From Mobula hypostoma (taxonomy: Eukaryota): 64,000 nucleotides of DNA. Below, piece after piece: positions 1 to 12,350 of this stretch (the first letter of the stretch is position 1; each line of letters starts with the position of its first letter). Location: the NCBI RefSeq assembly GCF_963921235.1, contig NC_086112.1:21948001-22012000 (forward strand), in the 5' to 3' direction. Position numbers and translations under genes: made by a program. Under the pieces are notes generated by a model. It was not told where the DNA came from and made no database searches. It worked only from the letters and a program-made list of their open reading frames with translations.

Positions 1-699
1 ACAGGTATCAAATATCAGTAAGGAAAGAAAATTCAAACTAGGATAGAAATGGAAGGACTGAATTTATAGAAACATTTATTTATTATGATAGTTGTAAAGA
101 TATCATTTTTCTATCAGGTACAATAAACAACTAGATAAAAATTAATGCTTCATTCTAATATGTAACATTATTCTAATATTCTAATATTATTTTATATAAC
201 TCTTTATTATTTATAATTGTTAAATGTTTTTACTGCATGATGCACTAAAACAACACAGCAAATTCCTAATACATATAAGTGCATAGGGCGAATAAAGTTG
301 ATCCTTGACGTACACAATACACAGCTACTACAATCAAAGTTAGGTATTGAATGTTCCACGATACCTGACATTGATGGCCAAATTAGTAAAAAAAACATAG
401 TAGTCCTGATAACAAAGGATATGAAAAAAGCTGTTGACAGACTGGATCTTGATTGGAAATCAAAACTAGAACTGATTTGAAGGGAGCTAAGAAACAGCAA
501 CACTGCGGGTAGGAGTTGTCTCTTGCTCCCAATCAACCTTTGTAATGTATAAACGTTTGTATGTCCTCTCATAAACCAAGAAACTACACGTTTACAGTAA
601 GGTTAACACAATAATAATGCAAGCTTGAATTCAAATGTAGACTGAAAAAAATCAAATTAGTGATGTCTATAAAATCACCCCTCCTCCTACACTATAAGA

Positions 700-1200
700 A
701 CTAAATTACCAATTTGGTAAACTACTCTCCCTCAGATCCTCTAGCTGTGGCAACATCCTTGTAAATTTTCTCTGCACTCTTTTCAGCTTAATGTAGTAGT
801 ATAATAAAACTGAATCCAATCTTATAAATACAGCCTCACAAGGTCTCATAAAAATGCAACATAACATTTCAAATTCTGTATTCCCTACCAGCTTTCTATC
901 TGTGACGTCTCTTTCAAGGAGCCATATACTTGTACCCCTAGGTCCCTCTGTTCTAACAACACTCCCCAGAGCACTATCATTCATTATGAAAGTCCTCTCC
1001 TGATCTGTTTTTCCACAATGAAATACTGTCCACTCCATTTGTAATTCCTCGGCCAAGAACAAAATTCCTCTGACATATCTGTTATGCAACTTCGTCATCT
1101 ATGATACTACTTATATTACTGTCATCTATAAACTTACAATTCATGTCTTGTACATTCTCTTCCAAATCACTGATACAGATGACAAACAACAATGAGCTCA
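700..1200 (-). mobile_element. Degenerate CR1 LINE fragment (RT C-terminal part)
   Basis: ORF 706..1098 ends in RVQRKFTRMLPQLEDL, a CR1 ORF2 C-terminal motif; heavily decayed. Confidence 0.75.
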
Positions 1201-1785
1201 GGCAAATTTCCTTTCAAGCAGTGTTGACCATTCGTCAATGGACCAGGTTAGGACACCGAAATAGAGGATCTCCGTTGGTCAGATGATTGATCCTTTCTTC
1301 AACCAGCCCCTGGCATGGGAGTTCAACCTTGCGATGGTGAGTCTCTTGAGAGAGTTATCACTGATAGCACACTGGAACTGTCCCTTTTATACTCGTTCCT
1401 TACCAATTCAACTCGTGTCATTGGCCACAGGTCATCTGATTGACCTTTAATACCTTTTTATTGGCTCTGCTCTAGGCCAGCATCCATTTATTGCTCTCCT
1501 CCCAGCAAGTGGCAGTCAGTAATTTACGGCTATTTGTTCTCTTCAGTAACCAGCTCGAATCACTCCAGGCAGGCACCAACCCCAAAATTCACAAACCTGC
1601 ATGTTATGTTATATCAAAGAACACCTCACAAATAACTTCTTATTTGGATATGATCTCCAATCCAGTAGATTACCTGAAACATCATTGTGTCTAATTTAAA
1701 ACACAGAAAGCAGTGTAAAACAGTTCCACAGAATGGTAGCCTCCATCTCCAAGAACATGGCAGAACAAGAGACAATTGATCTGTC

Positions 1786-2824
1786 TAGAAACATTGAAAC
1801 CCTAGAGCACAATACAGGCCCTTCGGCCCACAGTGCTGTGCCGAACATGTACCTACTTTAGAAATTACCTAGGGTTACACATAGCCCACTATTTTACTAA
1901 GCTCCATGTACCTTTCCAGGAGTCTCTTAAAAGACCCTATTGTATCTGCCTCCACCACCATCGCCGGCAGCCCAATCCACACACTCACCACCGTCAGCAT
2001 AAAAAACTTGCCCCTGACATTTCTTCTGTACCTTCTCCCAAGCACCTTAAAACTGTGTCCTATTGTGTTAGCCATTTCAGCCCTTGAAAAAAGCCTCTGA
2101 CTATCCACACGATCAATGCCTCTCATCATCTTATACACCTCCGTCAGGTCACCCCTCATCCTCTGTTGCTCCAAGGAGGAAAGGCCAAATTCACTCAACT
2201 TATTCTCATAAGGCATTCTCCCTAATCCAGGCAACAATCTTGTAAACCTCCTCTGCACACTTTCTATAGTTTCCACATCCTTCCTGTAGTTTGTGTTGGG
2301 CACGTGGCCAAGTGGTTAAGGCATTCGTCTAGTTATCTCAAAGTCGCTAGTTCAAGCCTCAGCTGTGGCAGCGTGTTTGTGCCCTTAAGCAAGGCACTTA
2401 GCCACACATTGCTCTAGTGTCTGTGCGAGGGGTGGCGCCCCACATTCCAATCTGTGCCTTGTAAGGCATGAAAATGCCCAATGCAGGCCTCGCATGGTCT
2501 GAGTCGACGCTCTCCCCTCCCGTAGTGAGGTGACCGGAACTGAGCACAGTACTCCAAGTGGGGGTCCTAAACAGCTGTAACATTATCTCTCGGCTCCTGA
2601 ACTCAATCCCGTGGTTGATGAAGGCCAATGTACCATATGCCTTCTTAACCACAGAGTCAACCTGCGCAGCAGCTTTGAGCATCCTATGGACTCGGACCCC
2701 AAGATCCCTCTGATCCGCCACACTGCCAAGAGTCTTACCATTAATACTATATTCTGCCATCATATTTGACCTACCAAAATGAACCACCTCACACTTATTT
2801 GGGTTGAACTCCATCTGCCACTTC
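1786..2824 (-). mobile_element. 5'-truncated CR1 LINE (ORF2 C-terminus and 3' UTR), split by a SINE
   Basis: ORFs 1875..2303 (ESVQRRFTRLLPGL...RMRGDLTEVYK) and 2398..2841 (KWQMEFNPNKCEVVHFG...RDLGV); CR1 3' tail near 1786-1850. Confidence 0.92.
2291..2517 (+). mobile_element. tRNA-derived CORE-type SINE
   Basis: A box TGGCCAAGTGG (2305-2315), B box GTTCAAGCC (2350-2358), CORE-like gtgcccttaagcaaggcacttagcc. 9-bp TSD with one mismatch: tcctgtagt (2282-2290) / tcccgtagt (2518-2526). Interrupts CR1. Confidence 0.85.
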
Positions 2825-3896
2825 CCAATACTGTATTCCATCTGCCATTTCTTTGCCCTTCTGTGGCTTTACTTCCTCAAAACTCCCTGCACCTCCACCT
2901 ACTTTCATATCGTCTGAAAGCTTTTCAACAAAGCCATCAATTCCATCATCCAAATCATTGACATATAACGTAAAAAGAATCACCCCAAGAGAACCCTGTG
3001 GAACACCACTAGTCACTAGCAGCCAGCCAGAAAAGGCTCCCCTTATTACCATTCTGTGTCTCCTCCAATCAGCCACTGCTAGAACCTTTCCTGTAATACC
3101 TTGGACTCGCAGCTTGTTAAGCAGCTTCAAGTGTGCCACTCTGTCAATGACCTTCTGAAAATCCAAGTACACAATATCAACTGATTCTCCTTTGTCTATC
3201 CTGCTTGTTATTTCTTCAAAGAATTCCAACAGATTTGGCAGGCAACATTTTCCCTTGAGGAAAAAATACTGACTACGACGTATTTATTCTATCATGTGCC
3301 TCCTAGTAACCCGAGACCTCATTCTTAATAATCGACTCCAACATTTTTCCAACTACTGAGTTCAGACTAACTGGCCTATAGTTTCCTTTCTTCTGCCTCT
3401 CTCCCTTCTTGAAGAGTGGATTGACTTTTGCAATTTTCCAGTTTTCCAGAACTATTTCAGAATCTAGTGATTCCTGAAAGATCATTACTAATGCCTCCAC
3501 GATCTCTTCATCCAGCTCCTTCAGAACTCTTGGGTGTACATCATCTGGTCTAGATGACTTGTCTGCCTTCAGTCCTTTTAAGCACCTTCTCTCTATTTAT
3601 GCTAACTTCACACACTTCATGCCCCCTGACACCTGGAACTTCCACCACCACTGCTAGTATCTTGCACAGTGAAGCTGATGTTAAATACTTATTCAGTCTG
3701 TCAGCTATTTTGCTGTTCCCCATTACTGCCTCTCCAGCATTGTTTTCCAGTGGTCTGATCTCCAGTTTCGCCTCTTTTTTAAACTTAATGTATCTGAAAA
3801 AACTTTTGGTATCCTCTTTAGTACTACTGGCTAGCTTGCTTTTGTATTCCATCTTTAGCTTTTGAATGACTTTAGTTGCCTTCTGTTGGTTTTAAA
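2825..3896 (-). mobile_element. CR1 LINE ORF2 fragment (RT), second subfamily
   Basis: Motifs WKIAKVNPLFKKG...NYRPVSL, VYLDFQK and SGVPQGS across frameshifted ORFs 2795..3852. Confidence 0.92.
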
Positions 3897-4396
3897 GAAA
3901 GAGTGCAGAGAAAATTTACAGGGATGTTGCTGTAACTTGAGGACCGGATTTAGAAGGAAAGGCTGAATAGGTTAGGATTTTATTCTCTAAAACATAGAAG
4001 ACTGAGGGGAAATTTGGTAGAGGTATACAAAATATGAGGCATATAGATAGGATAAATGCAAGCAGGCTATTTCTACTGAGAATGAGTGAGAATAAACTAG
4101 AGGTCATGGGTTAAGGGTGAAAGGTGAAATATTTAAGGTGAAATATTTAAGGGGAACATGACAGAGAACTTTTTCAATCATATTGTGGTGAAGGTGAGAA
4201 ATGAGCTGCCAGTGCAAGTGGCGGATGTGGGATTATTTACAACATTTAAGAGAAATTTGGATAGGTACATGGATGGGAGAGGTATGGAGAGCTATGGTCT
4301 GATTGCAGTTCGGTGGACTAAGCAAATTTTCTGCAGAGACTTGATAGATCAAGGGGCCGATTTCTGTGGGAGTATTGTATGACCCTATGACTCTAG
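3897..4396 (+). mobile_element. CR1 LINE 3' end
   Basis: gagtgcagagaaaatttacagggatgttg start; ORF 4158..4382 (TFKRNLDRYMD); ctatgactcta tail. Confidence 0.85.
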
Positions 4397-4591
4397 ATCG
4401 GAGGAGAATGGCTATACTGGTTCTAGCAGAAAGGAAGACAACAGTAACTCAAATAACCAAATGTCAGAACAGTGGTGTGCAGAAGGGTATCTTTGAATAT
4501 GCAACACATCAAACCCTGAAGTGTATGGACTACAGCAGCAGAAAACCACACTGGGTTCTATTCCTGAACCTAAAATAATGGCTACTGAGTG
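4397..4591 (+). mobile_element. Tc1-derived non-autonomous element, one end
   Basis: Encodes RRRMAILVLAERKTTVTQIT...TLKCMDYSSRKP (Tc1 HTH/linker remnant). Ends in TIR-like ...ggctactgagtg+TA; same family as 39037-44363. Confidence 0.8.
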
Positions 4592-5734
4592 TATCTTAGC
4601 CAGGACTCCTGTAATTTCTTCTCTAATTTCCCACAGTATAGTATAATATTAAATACAACACTTTGGATACTCACAACAAAGTTATATAAAATTACAGCTG
4701 CAATCATTGATTTTATACCACTCTACAGCATAATAATTTGTGAGAAAATGGAATGTTAACAGCTTATATCTAAAAGTGAAAATGATAAATCCAAAACTAA
4801 TTATTTGAAGCTGAAGGCTAAAAAGAATTTGTCTTGTGAAAAATACCATCAATCAAGAAGTACAGATTACATATACATGTTCAATTATAGACAATTGATC
4901 ATTTCTTCCCCCCCCCCCCCCCACCAATCTAGCCTGCTCTACTCATTAGAATCATAGGGACTTTTTGCTGCAACTATAACAAATCACAGACTGAGGAAAA
5001 CACTTAATAAAAGGAACAAACCTATTTTGTGAAATTTATCCCTAGCAAGCCACTTTACCAGACCATGTGGATACACAGTATAGTGTGTTGATGAAACAGG
5101 ATAGATTTTATTTCTTCAATAACCTAAGGCTGCCTTTGTGAATTCTTAAGTGGCACTCACTGTCATGCAATGACAGGAAGAAAGAAGAAGAAAAATTATT
5201 ATTTTTTAAAACAACTGGGGGAATAAAAAGCAGAGCACACAATACATTTATAATAAATAGCCTGGAGGAGGTAATCTGCTGAGCTTAATGTAAGATGTCC
5301 TAAAGAAGCAATATCCCACTGCCTGCTAAATCCAGGTAACTGATCTGCAATCAAGTTATTATGAATTAGACACAAGTCCCATTAGAACCAAGACACAATG
5401 GATTCACACCATTGTAACACTGACACTCTTCTCTTTGCTGTTTTCAAAATGTGAGGATTATCTTGCTTCCTCGAAGACTGCCACTAACAGGAAAAAAAGT
5501 TTTACCAGGGAACAGAGATGGTAAATAGATTTACTTGCAATTAGTTGGTTCTTTTGCAACCGAACTAAAGACATGTTGATGCTTTGCAACATCAGTAATT
5601 AAATGATAATCAAGTGAGAAGTTAAAAGTGAAGTTTAATGTGAGAAGTCCCAGTGGACTTTTGGATCTTATAAGGCCAAACTGAAATATTTTTTCCTCTG
5701 TAACAAAGCTGTGGATGACAGAGGAAATGTTGGT

Positions 5735-5843
5735 TCAAATGTTGAACTCGTGCCTCTTAGATTCCATGTTCAATTCCCACTCCAGGGATTTGAGTTTAAA
5801 AATCTAGGCTAACATTCCACTGCAGTACTGAAGAAGTGTTGCT
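5735..5843 (+). mobile_element. Degenerate DeuSINE/SacSINE1-like SINE fragment
   Basis: gttcaattcccactccagggatttgag...aaatctaggctaacattccactgcagtactga resembles the B box plus start of the Deu domain. Confidence 0.6.
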
Positions 5844-6929
5844 CTGGATTCCCAGCATTTGTAGAGTCTCTGGTGTTAGTGAAATGACTTATTTTAGATT
5901 TCTCATGCTGTTCTAGTAACTTCTGCATATAGTAACATTCACTTTGCCATGTTAAATTCTCACAGCTGTATTTTAATCTAAAACATAAACTGTCAATGGA
6001 AGATTTCTATGTTATTAAAAAATAAACTGGAGAACATGCAAAAGTACAGTACGGGAATAAGCCCTTTGGAGCACAATGTCTCTGAGTACTATAATGCCAA
6101 TCAAAACTTGTCTACACATGGCTTCCTACTTTGACCATTTATAGATCTCTATTATCTAAGCTGTTCATAAATGAATATTTTAAGTACTTAAATGAATCCC
6201 TATAGGCTCCTCAATCACCTAATCTGTGGTCTTTGTCTTCTGTCATACATCGAAGTTCCTCATCCATACCAACAACTTGTCTATAGTTTCAATTGATGGT
6301 TTCTTAAATTAAGTACTTTCTTAAAGCAGGGTACAAAAAATTCCATCCATTTTTGAAAAAAAAAGTTGATCAAGCAAAATTAATACCACCCTTTTTGGAT
6401 CTGTTAAAATCTTTATAAAATTCATAAGCTATCTGATTGATAATTCCCTGGTTGATATATCAAACCTGCTATCACTCTTCCTTCCATACAAATAATAAAA
6501 TAATTAAAATATACCTGCCATTTCCTCATTTTTGTTTAAAATTTTACTGTTACCAGTTTAGGAAGAGTTCACAGACCTCCTTCCCATCATTTACCTTCTG
6601 ATGAAATTGTAAAATTACTGCTATGTGATTTTGATAATCTTTGTAACATTTTTTCATACTCCCATTTGTGGTAATATCATTTAAAGTTCTTTCTACTTTC
6701 TCCCTTCACCAGGAATACTGCAAGTTTTTTCTCTTGTTATTATTTTCTATCAAGTTTTATTTTGTCTCTGTCCTCATTAATCTACTGAGAATGCTTTTTT
6801 CCTAAGCATTTGAAACAAACTGGGTGGAAACTGGTTCCATCTTCAATTTCAAAAATATGTTATCAGTTCTGAAATGTGTTAGGACATCCAGCAGCCATGG
6901 AAGATTCCACATGAATGAAGGTGGCACTG

Positions 6930-7460
6930 AATGAGAGCCTGGATGTCCTGTTCCAAACATTGGTTTGGCTACACCTGGAGAATGGAATGCATTTCTGGTT
7001 GCCACACCATAAAATGAATGTGATTGTGCCGGATAGAGTATAGGGGAGATCCACAAGGACATCACCTGGACTGGAGCATTTTCAAAATGAGTGACCAAAC
7101 AGGCTGGATTTGCTTTCCCTGAAGCCAGAAATTGAGGGGGAATCTGACAGAAGTAGATGAGGGAAACCTTTGTCCTGCAGTGGGGCTGTCTAGTGCAAGA
7201 GGGTTTAGATTTAAGATGAAAAGTAAGAGGATTAGAGGGACTCTAAAGAGTAGATTTTCTTTCCACAATGGGGAAAGCAAGAGTCTGGAATGTGTGCTTG
7301 AAGAGGTGCTAGAGATAGATACTTTAAGAGCATGCAAAAAGAATTATCACCAGGGTGTAAAAGGCTATGGATATAATGCAGGTAAATGGGATAACAGCAG
7401 ATAGTACAATGGGTGGAATAGACATAGGGAGGCCAAAGAGCCTCAACACTATGACTCTCG
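6930..7460 (+). mobile_element. Old CR1 LINE 3' fragment
   Basis: ORF 7132..7404 (RGNLTEV...ARGFRFK...GVKGYG); ctatgactc tail. Confidence 0.75.
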
Positions 7461-7475
7461 ACTAGGCTTTTTCTT

Positions 7476-8332
7476 TGTTACGAGAATACACATAAAATTA
7501 AGATGTTTGCTGGCCTGGGTTAGCATCAGTGACATCAGCAGTTGGTCTGCCACCTGCCCTCAGGGGAAGGAGAGATAAGGAACAATGGAGCAGCGTCTGG
7601 AGATGTGTAATGAAGGGACGTGGGAGAGAGAGAGCTGTCTGGAGCGGCTCCCCCTTTGAACCCTGAGCTGTTTGAAGTGATGGACAGGTGATACCCCAGC
7701 AGGGGGATAAAAAGGGACAGGTTCGCTAAGACAGACACACACGCCACCCGAGGTAACGAGACCCTGGAAGCGGTGCGCCTCTCACGAGTGGGTGAGAAGT
7801 ACCAGATAACGACAAGGGTGGAAAGGTACGATCAGCGGGAACCTGGTGTGTGTCCGCCCTTGCCTGGGTGCTGGGTTCACTGCAGAGGATCGACCGCATC
7901 TGGAGGAGGGGTCACAGTCGGTGACCTCAGGTGACATCACCAAGGACCCGCCCAAAAGTTGCTTGTGAGCAATCTCGCTGGTCTGTGAGTGAAGCAGTAT
8001 TCTGAATGATCAGTTGTTCCTGTTCCCTCTCTCTCTCCCCCCACGTTGTCCCTCGCCATGGCAATGATTACTGCGAACTGAACTGGACTGAACTTTGAGT
8101 CATTTTGAAATTTGGTCATTTACCCCCTAGACAACGATAGAGCTTGATTGATGCTGTTATCTTAATTCTGTGCACATGTGTGGTTATCATTGTTGAACTG
8201 TTGCATTTATTATCCTTTCGATTACTGTGTTGCTTGTTTCTTTAATAAAACTTTCTTAGTTCTAGTACTCCAGACTCCAACTGAGTGATCCATTTCTGCT
8301 GGTTTGGCAACCCAGTTACGGGGTACGTAACA
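7476..8332 (+). mobile_element. Solo LTR (Ty3/Gypsy-like or class I ERV), copy 1
   Basis: TGTTACG...CGTAACA termini; 4-bp TSD tctt (7472-7475, 8333-8336); TATA-like gataaaaag near 7706; AATAAA 8244-8249; homologous to two other copies. Confidence 0.92.
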
Positions 8333-8756
8333 TCTTATTTAGTCCTTGTTTAGCACCGCATTGTAGTGTTATTCAGTTAATTAAAATTAATCATTCAGAA
8401 TTCAGATCACGCTTTTTTTCCTTAAGAACCTTCCTCTCCATTTTTTTTGCAATAGATAGAAACTCACATTTAAATAAGTATAGAAGTGGAGAATTTGGGT
8501 GCATTCTCCACAATAATTTTGAAATATTTCAGGATATCATTTATGTACCCCATTGCGTGCATCATGCAGAAGTAAATCCTTAGAAGATATTTCATGAAGT
8601 TTTTATCTTACAGTAGTCCAAACCCACCTTAGAAAAGTGTAGGAGAAATGTTATTTCTGTCCTCATGTCTAACTTCATGTTTCTTCAAAAATATGGCTAC
8701 AGATTTAGCAGTAATTATAGAGATTTATAATCAATGGTTGTTATCCCTCCACTTAC

Positions 8757-8864
8757 CCTAGTGAGGTGAATGACCCCTTGGGATGTGACAGAGCAGCCCA
8801 TAAAACCCACATACTGCAGCAGAGGACAATGTTCTGCAAATGTTTTCACCGATTTATCTGTCAC
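8757..8864 (-). CDS. FBXL17: Internal coding exon of F-box/LRR-repeat protein 17 (LRR region; probably equivalent to human exon 5)
   Basis: Minus strand: ...ttgttttttttttcattcttcctgcag|GTGACAGAT...CACCTCACTAGG|gtaagt. 108 bp, phase 0-0. Translates VTDKSVKTFAEHCPLLQYVGFMGCSVTSQGVIHLTR, nearly identical to the human FBXL17 segment as I recall it (VTDQSVKAFAEHCPELQYVGFMGCSVTSKGVIHLTK). Confidence 0.95.
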
Positions 8865-8900
8865 CTGCAGGAAGAATGAAAAAAAAACAAATTAATGTGA
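8865..8900 (-). promoter_or_regulatory. 3' splice acceptor: polypyrimidine tract and putative branch point
   Basis: Minus strand reads tcacattaat-ttgttttttttttcattcttcctgcag, immediately before the exon. Confidence 0.85.
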
Positions 8901-9650
8901 CATTTATCCAGCAGCTAAACAATACATTCATCAACAGAAAAAAGTTTTAACCAACTTTATAGTTCAAGTTAATTTGAAAGAACATTTTGCTTAAAGGGCA
9001 TAACGCTGAAATAAACCATAAAACTGCTCACAATCGCTTCATTTTAACTGCTTCTAAAAGCTTTTGTTTTGCCAGTGACACCCTGAGCAAAAAAGTTCAC
9101 ATTAACAAATAAATAAAGTACTTAAATGCATAGGAGCCATAAGAAAAGAACAAAATAATTTGCAAATATAGACAAACATTTGCTAAAAATAATAATATTA
9201 TATTCAGCCAAGCTTCCTATCATTTTATAAAAGATGCTAATTTTTTAAAAAATCAATCTCTCTATCCAAAAAAAAGACAGCCCTCCATTCTTATTCCACT
9301 AAATGCCTCTCTTACACCTTACCCCTTTTCTCTTCACTATTCATTTTGCTGAATTTCACCATCATGACTATCCTATCTTGTATTCTTCACACAGCAAGAT
9401 AAACAATGCTTTTAAATCAATAAAATATAGCAGCAAATAGATAAATTTGACAGCCATTTATATTAGAAAGTTATGAAATGAGCTTCCCTGAAGATCCTGT
9501 CGACAGAATCAATGACAGGTGTTGTATAAGTACCACACATGAGAGGACAGCCAGGGAAGGAGGGGTTAAGCCACTAAAATGGTAAGCAACGTGAGCGAAA
9601 TACTAAATGAATACTTCTAATCTGTATTCACCCTTGGAGAAGGACATAAA

Positions 9651-10600
9651 AGAATCGGAATCAGGTTTATTATCACAGACATATGTTGTGAAATTTATTT
9701 TGTAGCAGCAGTGCAGTACAAGACGTAAAAAGAATTTATGACATTGAAAATAAAAAAAAAATTAAGAACGCAAAAGAGAATTAGGTCATGAACTGTTCAG
9801 AAATCTGATAGCAGAGGGGAAGAAGCTGTTCCTAAAATATTGAACTTGCATCTTCAGGCTCCTGTACCTCCTGTCTGATGGTAGTAATGAGAAAGCATCG
9901 TATCCTGGATGGTGAGATTCTTTAAAGATGAATGCTTCCTTCTTGAAGTACTGCCTTCTGAAGATTTTCTTGATGGTGGGTAGGTTTGTGCCTGTGATGG
10001 AGTTGGCTAAGTCTACAACCCTCAACAGCCTTTTTCGGTCTTGTGCATTGGAGCCTCCATATCAGACAGTGATGCAATCAGTCAGAATATTTTCCATGGT
10101 AGATCTGTAGAAACTTGCCAGAGTCTTTGGTGGCATACCAAACCTCCTCAAGCTCATAATAACAAATAGCTGCTGACATGCTTTCTTTGTAATTGCATCA
10201 ATATGTTGAACCCAAAATGGATCCTCTGAGATATTGACAGCCAGGAACTTGATGCTGCTCACCCTTTTCACTGCTGACTCCTCGAAGAGGACAAGGATAA
10301 GTTCACCTGACTTCCCCCTTCCTGAAGTCCACTATCAACAGACCCACCTTGCTGACACTGAGTGCAAGAACGTTGTTGTGACACTATTTAACCAGCTGAT
10401 CTACAGTACTGTGCAAAAGTACTGGGGGTGTGTGTATTCACTCACTATTCCCAATATCCTTTACTCCCACCAGATTTACAAACTTGCTTTCCACTCCACG
10501 TTGACAAATAGAGTACTGTGCAAAAGTCTTAGGTACATATATACAGCTAGTGTGCCTAAGACTTTTGCCCAGTACTATTTTCACTGTTGTATCCCTAAAA
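9651..10600 (-). mobile_element. Rex1/Babar-type LINE 3' fragment
   Basis: KKACQQLFVIMSLRRFGM...FYRSTMENILTDCITV and LLPSDRRYRSLK...FRNSFFPSAIRFLN; (gattct)-type tail. Confidence 0.88.
10404..10577. mobile_element. Tc1/mariner-type composite MITE, internally deleted copy
   Basis: TA+cagtactgtgcaaaagt start; mini-unit with inverted repeats at 10511-10577; core 10446-10510 is the reverse complement of 46504-46568; inserted in a Rex LINE. Confidence 0.8.
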
Positions 10601-10639
10601 GATGGTAAATTCAGGAAAGGGTACGTGGATATTCTAGAG

Positions 10640-11480
10640 TATGCCTTACTGAGTATGTGTCAGACATCATGGAATGCATAAGAGTAGATAGATGCACAAG
10701 ATGGACAGAACCAGATGAGCTCTTGCTCAGTTTGCTTTGGGAAGCAATGAAGGAAATAGGTTGGACATAGAGAAAACTTCTGCTTCTTTGTTAAGATGCT
10801 GAGGTGCTGGGAGACTGGGGGACATCTAATATGGTTTCTTTATTTAAAATGGGGAAGTGCCTGAGAAAATCCTTGCTCACTAATTTAATTGAGTTTTTGA
10901 GAAGATAACCAAGAAGGTTGATGAAGGCACGGCAGTAGATGTTGTCTCTGTATGAATTTTTGTAAGGTGTTTGCCAAGATCCATGTGGTACTCTGGGCAC
11001 AAGATTAAGACACATGGGATTCAAGGTGCACTGACTAATTGGATCCAAAATAAGAAGTAGGGCATATGTGGTAAATGCTGAGGCGCTGAAGGAGGTTGAT
11101 GAACAGAATCTTGAGTCTCAAGTCTATAGTTCCTTGAAAATGGAAAGTAGATAATGTTACAGCATCCTTGTCTTCATAGGTTGGGCCATAGATTAAAAAG
11201 TTGCAATGTTATGTTGCAACTTTACTAAAAAATTATTGGAACACACTGAGTGTGCAGTTCAAGTCTCCAAACTATGGGCAGAATGTGATTGTGTTAGAGA
11301 GAGTGCAGGATGTCCCTCAGTTGGAGGACTTTAGTTAGGGGGAGAAATTGGATAAACAAGAGGCATAGGTTTATGGTAATAGGGTAAAGTTTGTTTTACA
11401 CAGAGTGGTTGATATCTGGAAATAGCTGACAGAGGTGGTGCTGGAGTCAGATTCAATCTTTACACTTAAGAGACATTTAG
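10640..11480 (+). mobile_element. Degenerate CR1 LINE with multiple internal deletions
   Basis: Recognisable CR1 ORF2 DNA (gagttttttgagaagataacc-like segment, gcagtagatgttgtc, gagagagtgcagg). Confidence 0.75.
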
Positions 11481-11729
11481 GAAAACAAAAATTAGAACAA
11501 TGATGAAAAGTACAGGGATATTCATCCTGGGCAAATTAAGGTTTAAAGCACACATTACCAAAAGTACAATGTTACATGATCATTTTAGCAAGTTCTATCA
11601 ACATTAATAAGGTAGTTCTTTCAATATGTAAAATGTATATATTTTTTACATATTGTCATCCAACTACTTTTAATAGCTGACGATCAAAATACACTACTGA
11701 ATTATTTCATTGGCTGCATTCTGACAGTC

Positions 11730-12350
11730 AACGGCTGGCAAGAAACAATAACTTGAACTTCTATTCTTTTTTGAACAGAAAAATATCCCAATATCCTTCA
11801 TAAAGGTGTAATCAAAATACGGACCCAAAGTTGAATGTTGATGGAAGAAAGATCAAAAACTTGGCTAAAGGAACAGATCTAAAGCAGGGTCTTAAAGGAG
11901 TGCAAGTTGAAAATAGAAGATGAAAAAAGGAGAAAATTACCTCAAGAAACCCAGTGCATGGAAGCTGAAGGTATTGTTGCCAGTAGAAGGGTGAAAGTAG
12001 GGGGTTTTGCTTTGAAAATCAGAGTTTGAGGAGTGGCCAATCATACAAAAATGAGCTGCTGGATTTCTTGAGGGCATCAATCAGAGGGATGAAGCAGTGG
12101 TGGAACTTAAACACAAACGGGGGATTCATTCTATGTGTTCAGCAATGGGGAGCCAAAATAAATTAACAATGACAGACTGGGCAAGACAGTTATATTTAGC
12201 AGAGATTTGGAAGCTCACAGAATGTGGACAGCATCCTCAAGTCTGGAGCTCATCAAACTAAGATTAAGGTTTCTCCAAAAGCAAACTGAGATAAGGTCAC
12301 ATGATGGCAAGATTAAGAAACTCTAAGTAAATTGTCTTTTGTATTGGCCA
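11730..12350 (-). mobile_element. Old L2-like LINE 3' remnant
   Basis: Resembles a reverse-complemented elasmobranch L2 tail (aacttgaac...atcccaa...aaaacttggctaaag...gggtcttaaaggag); very decayed. Confidence 0.4.

Noticed and set aside
207-572. 121-aa ORF or possible minus-strand exon (AG near 538, GT near 364)
   Set aside because: The translation resembles neither the next FBXL17 exon nor any protein I recognise, and the splice sites are weak.
2298-2365. tRNA gene
   Set aside because: A and B boxes are present, but they run into a CORE block and tail flanked by a TSD, so this is a SINE head.
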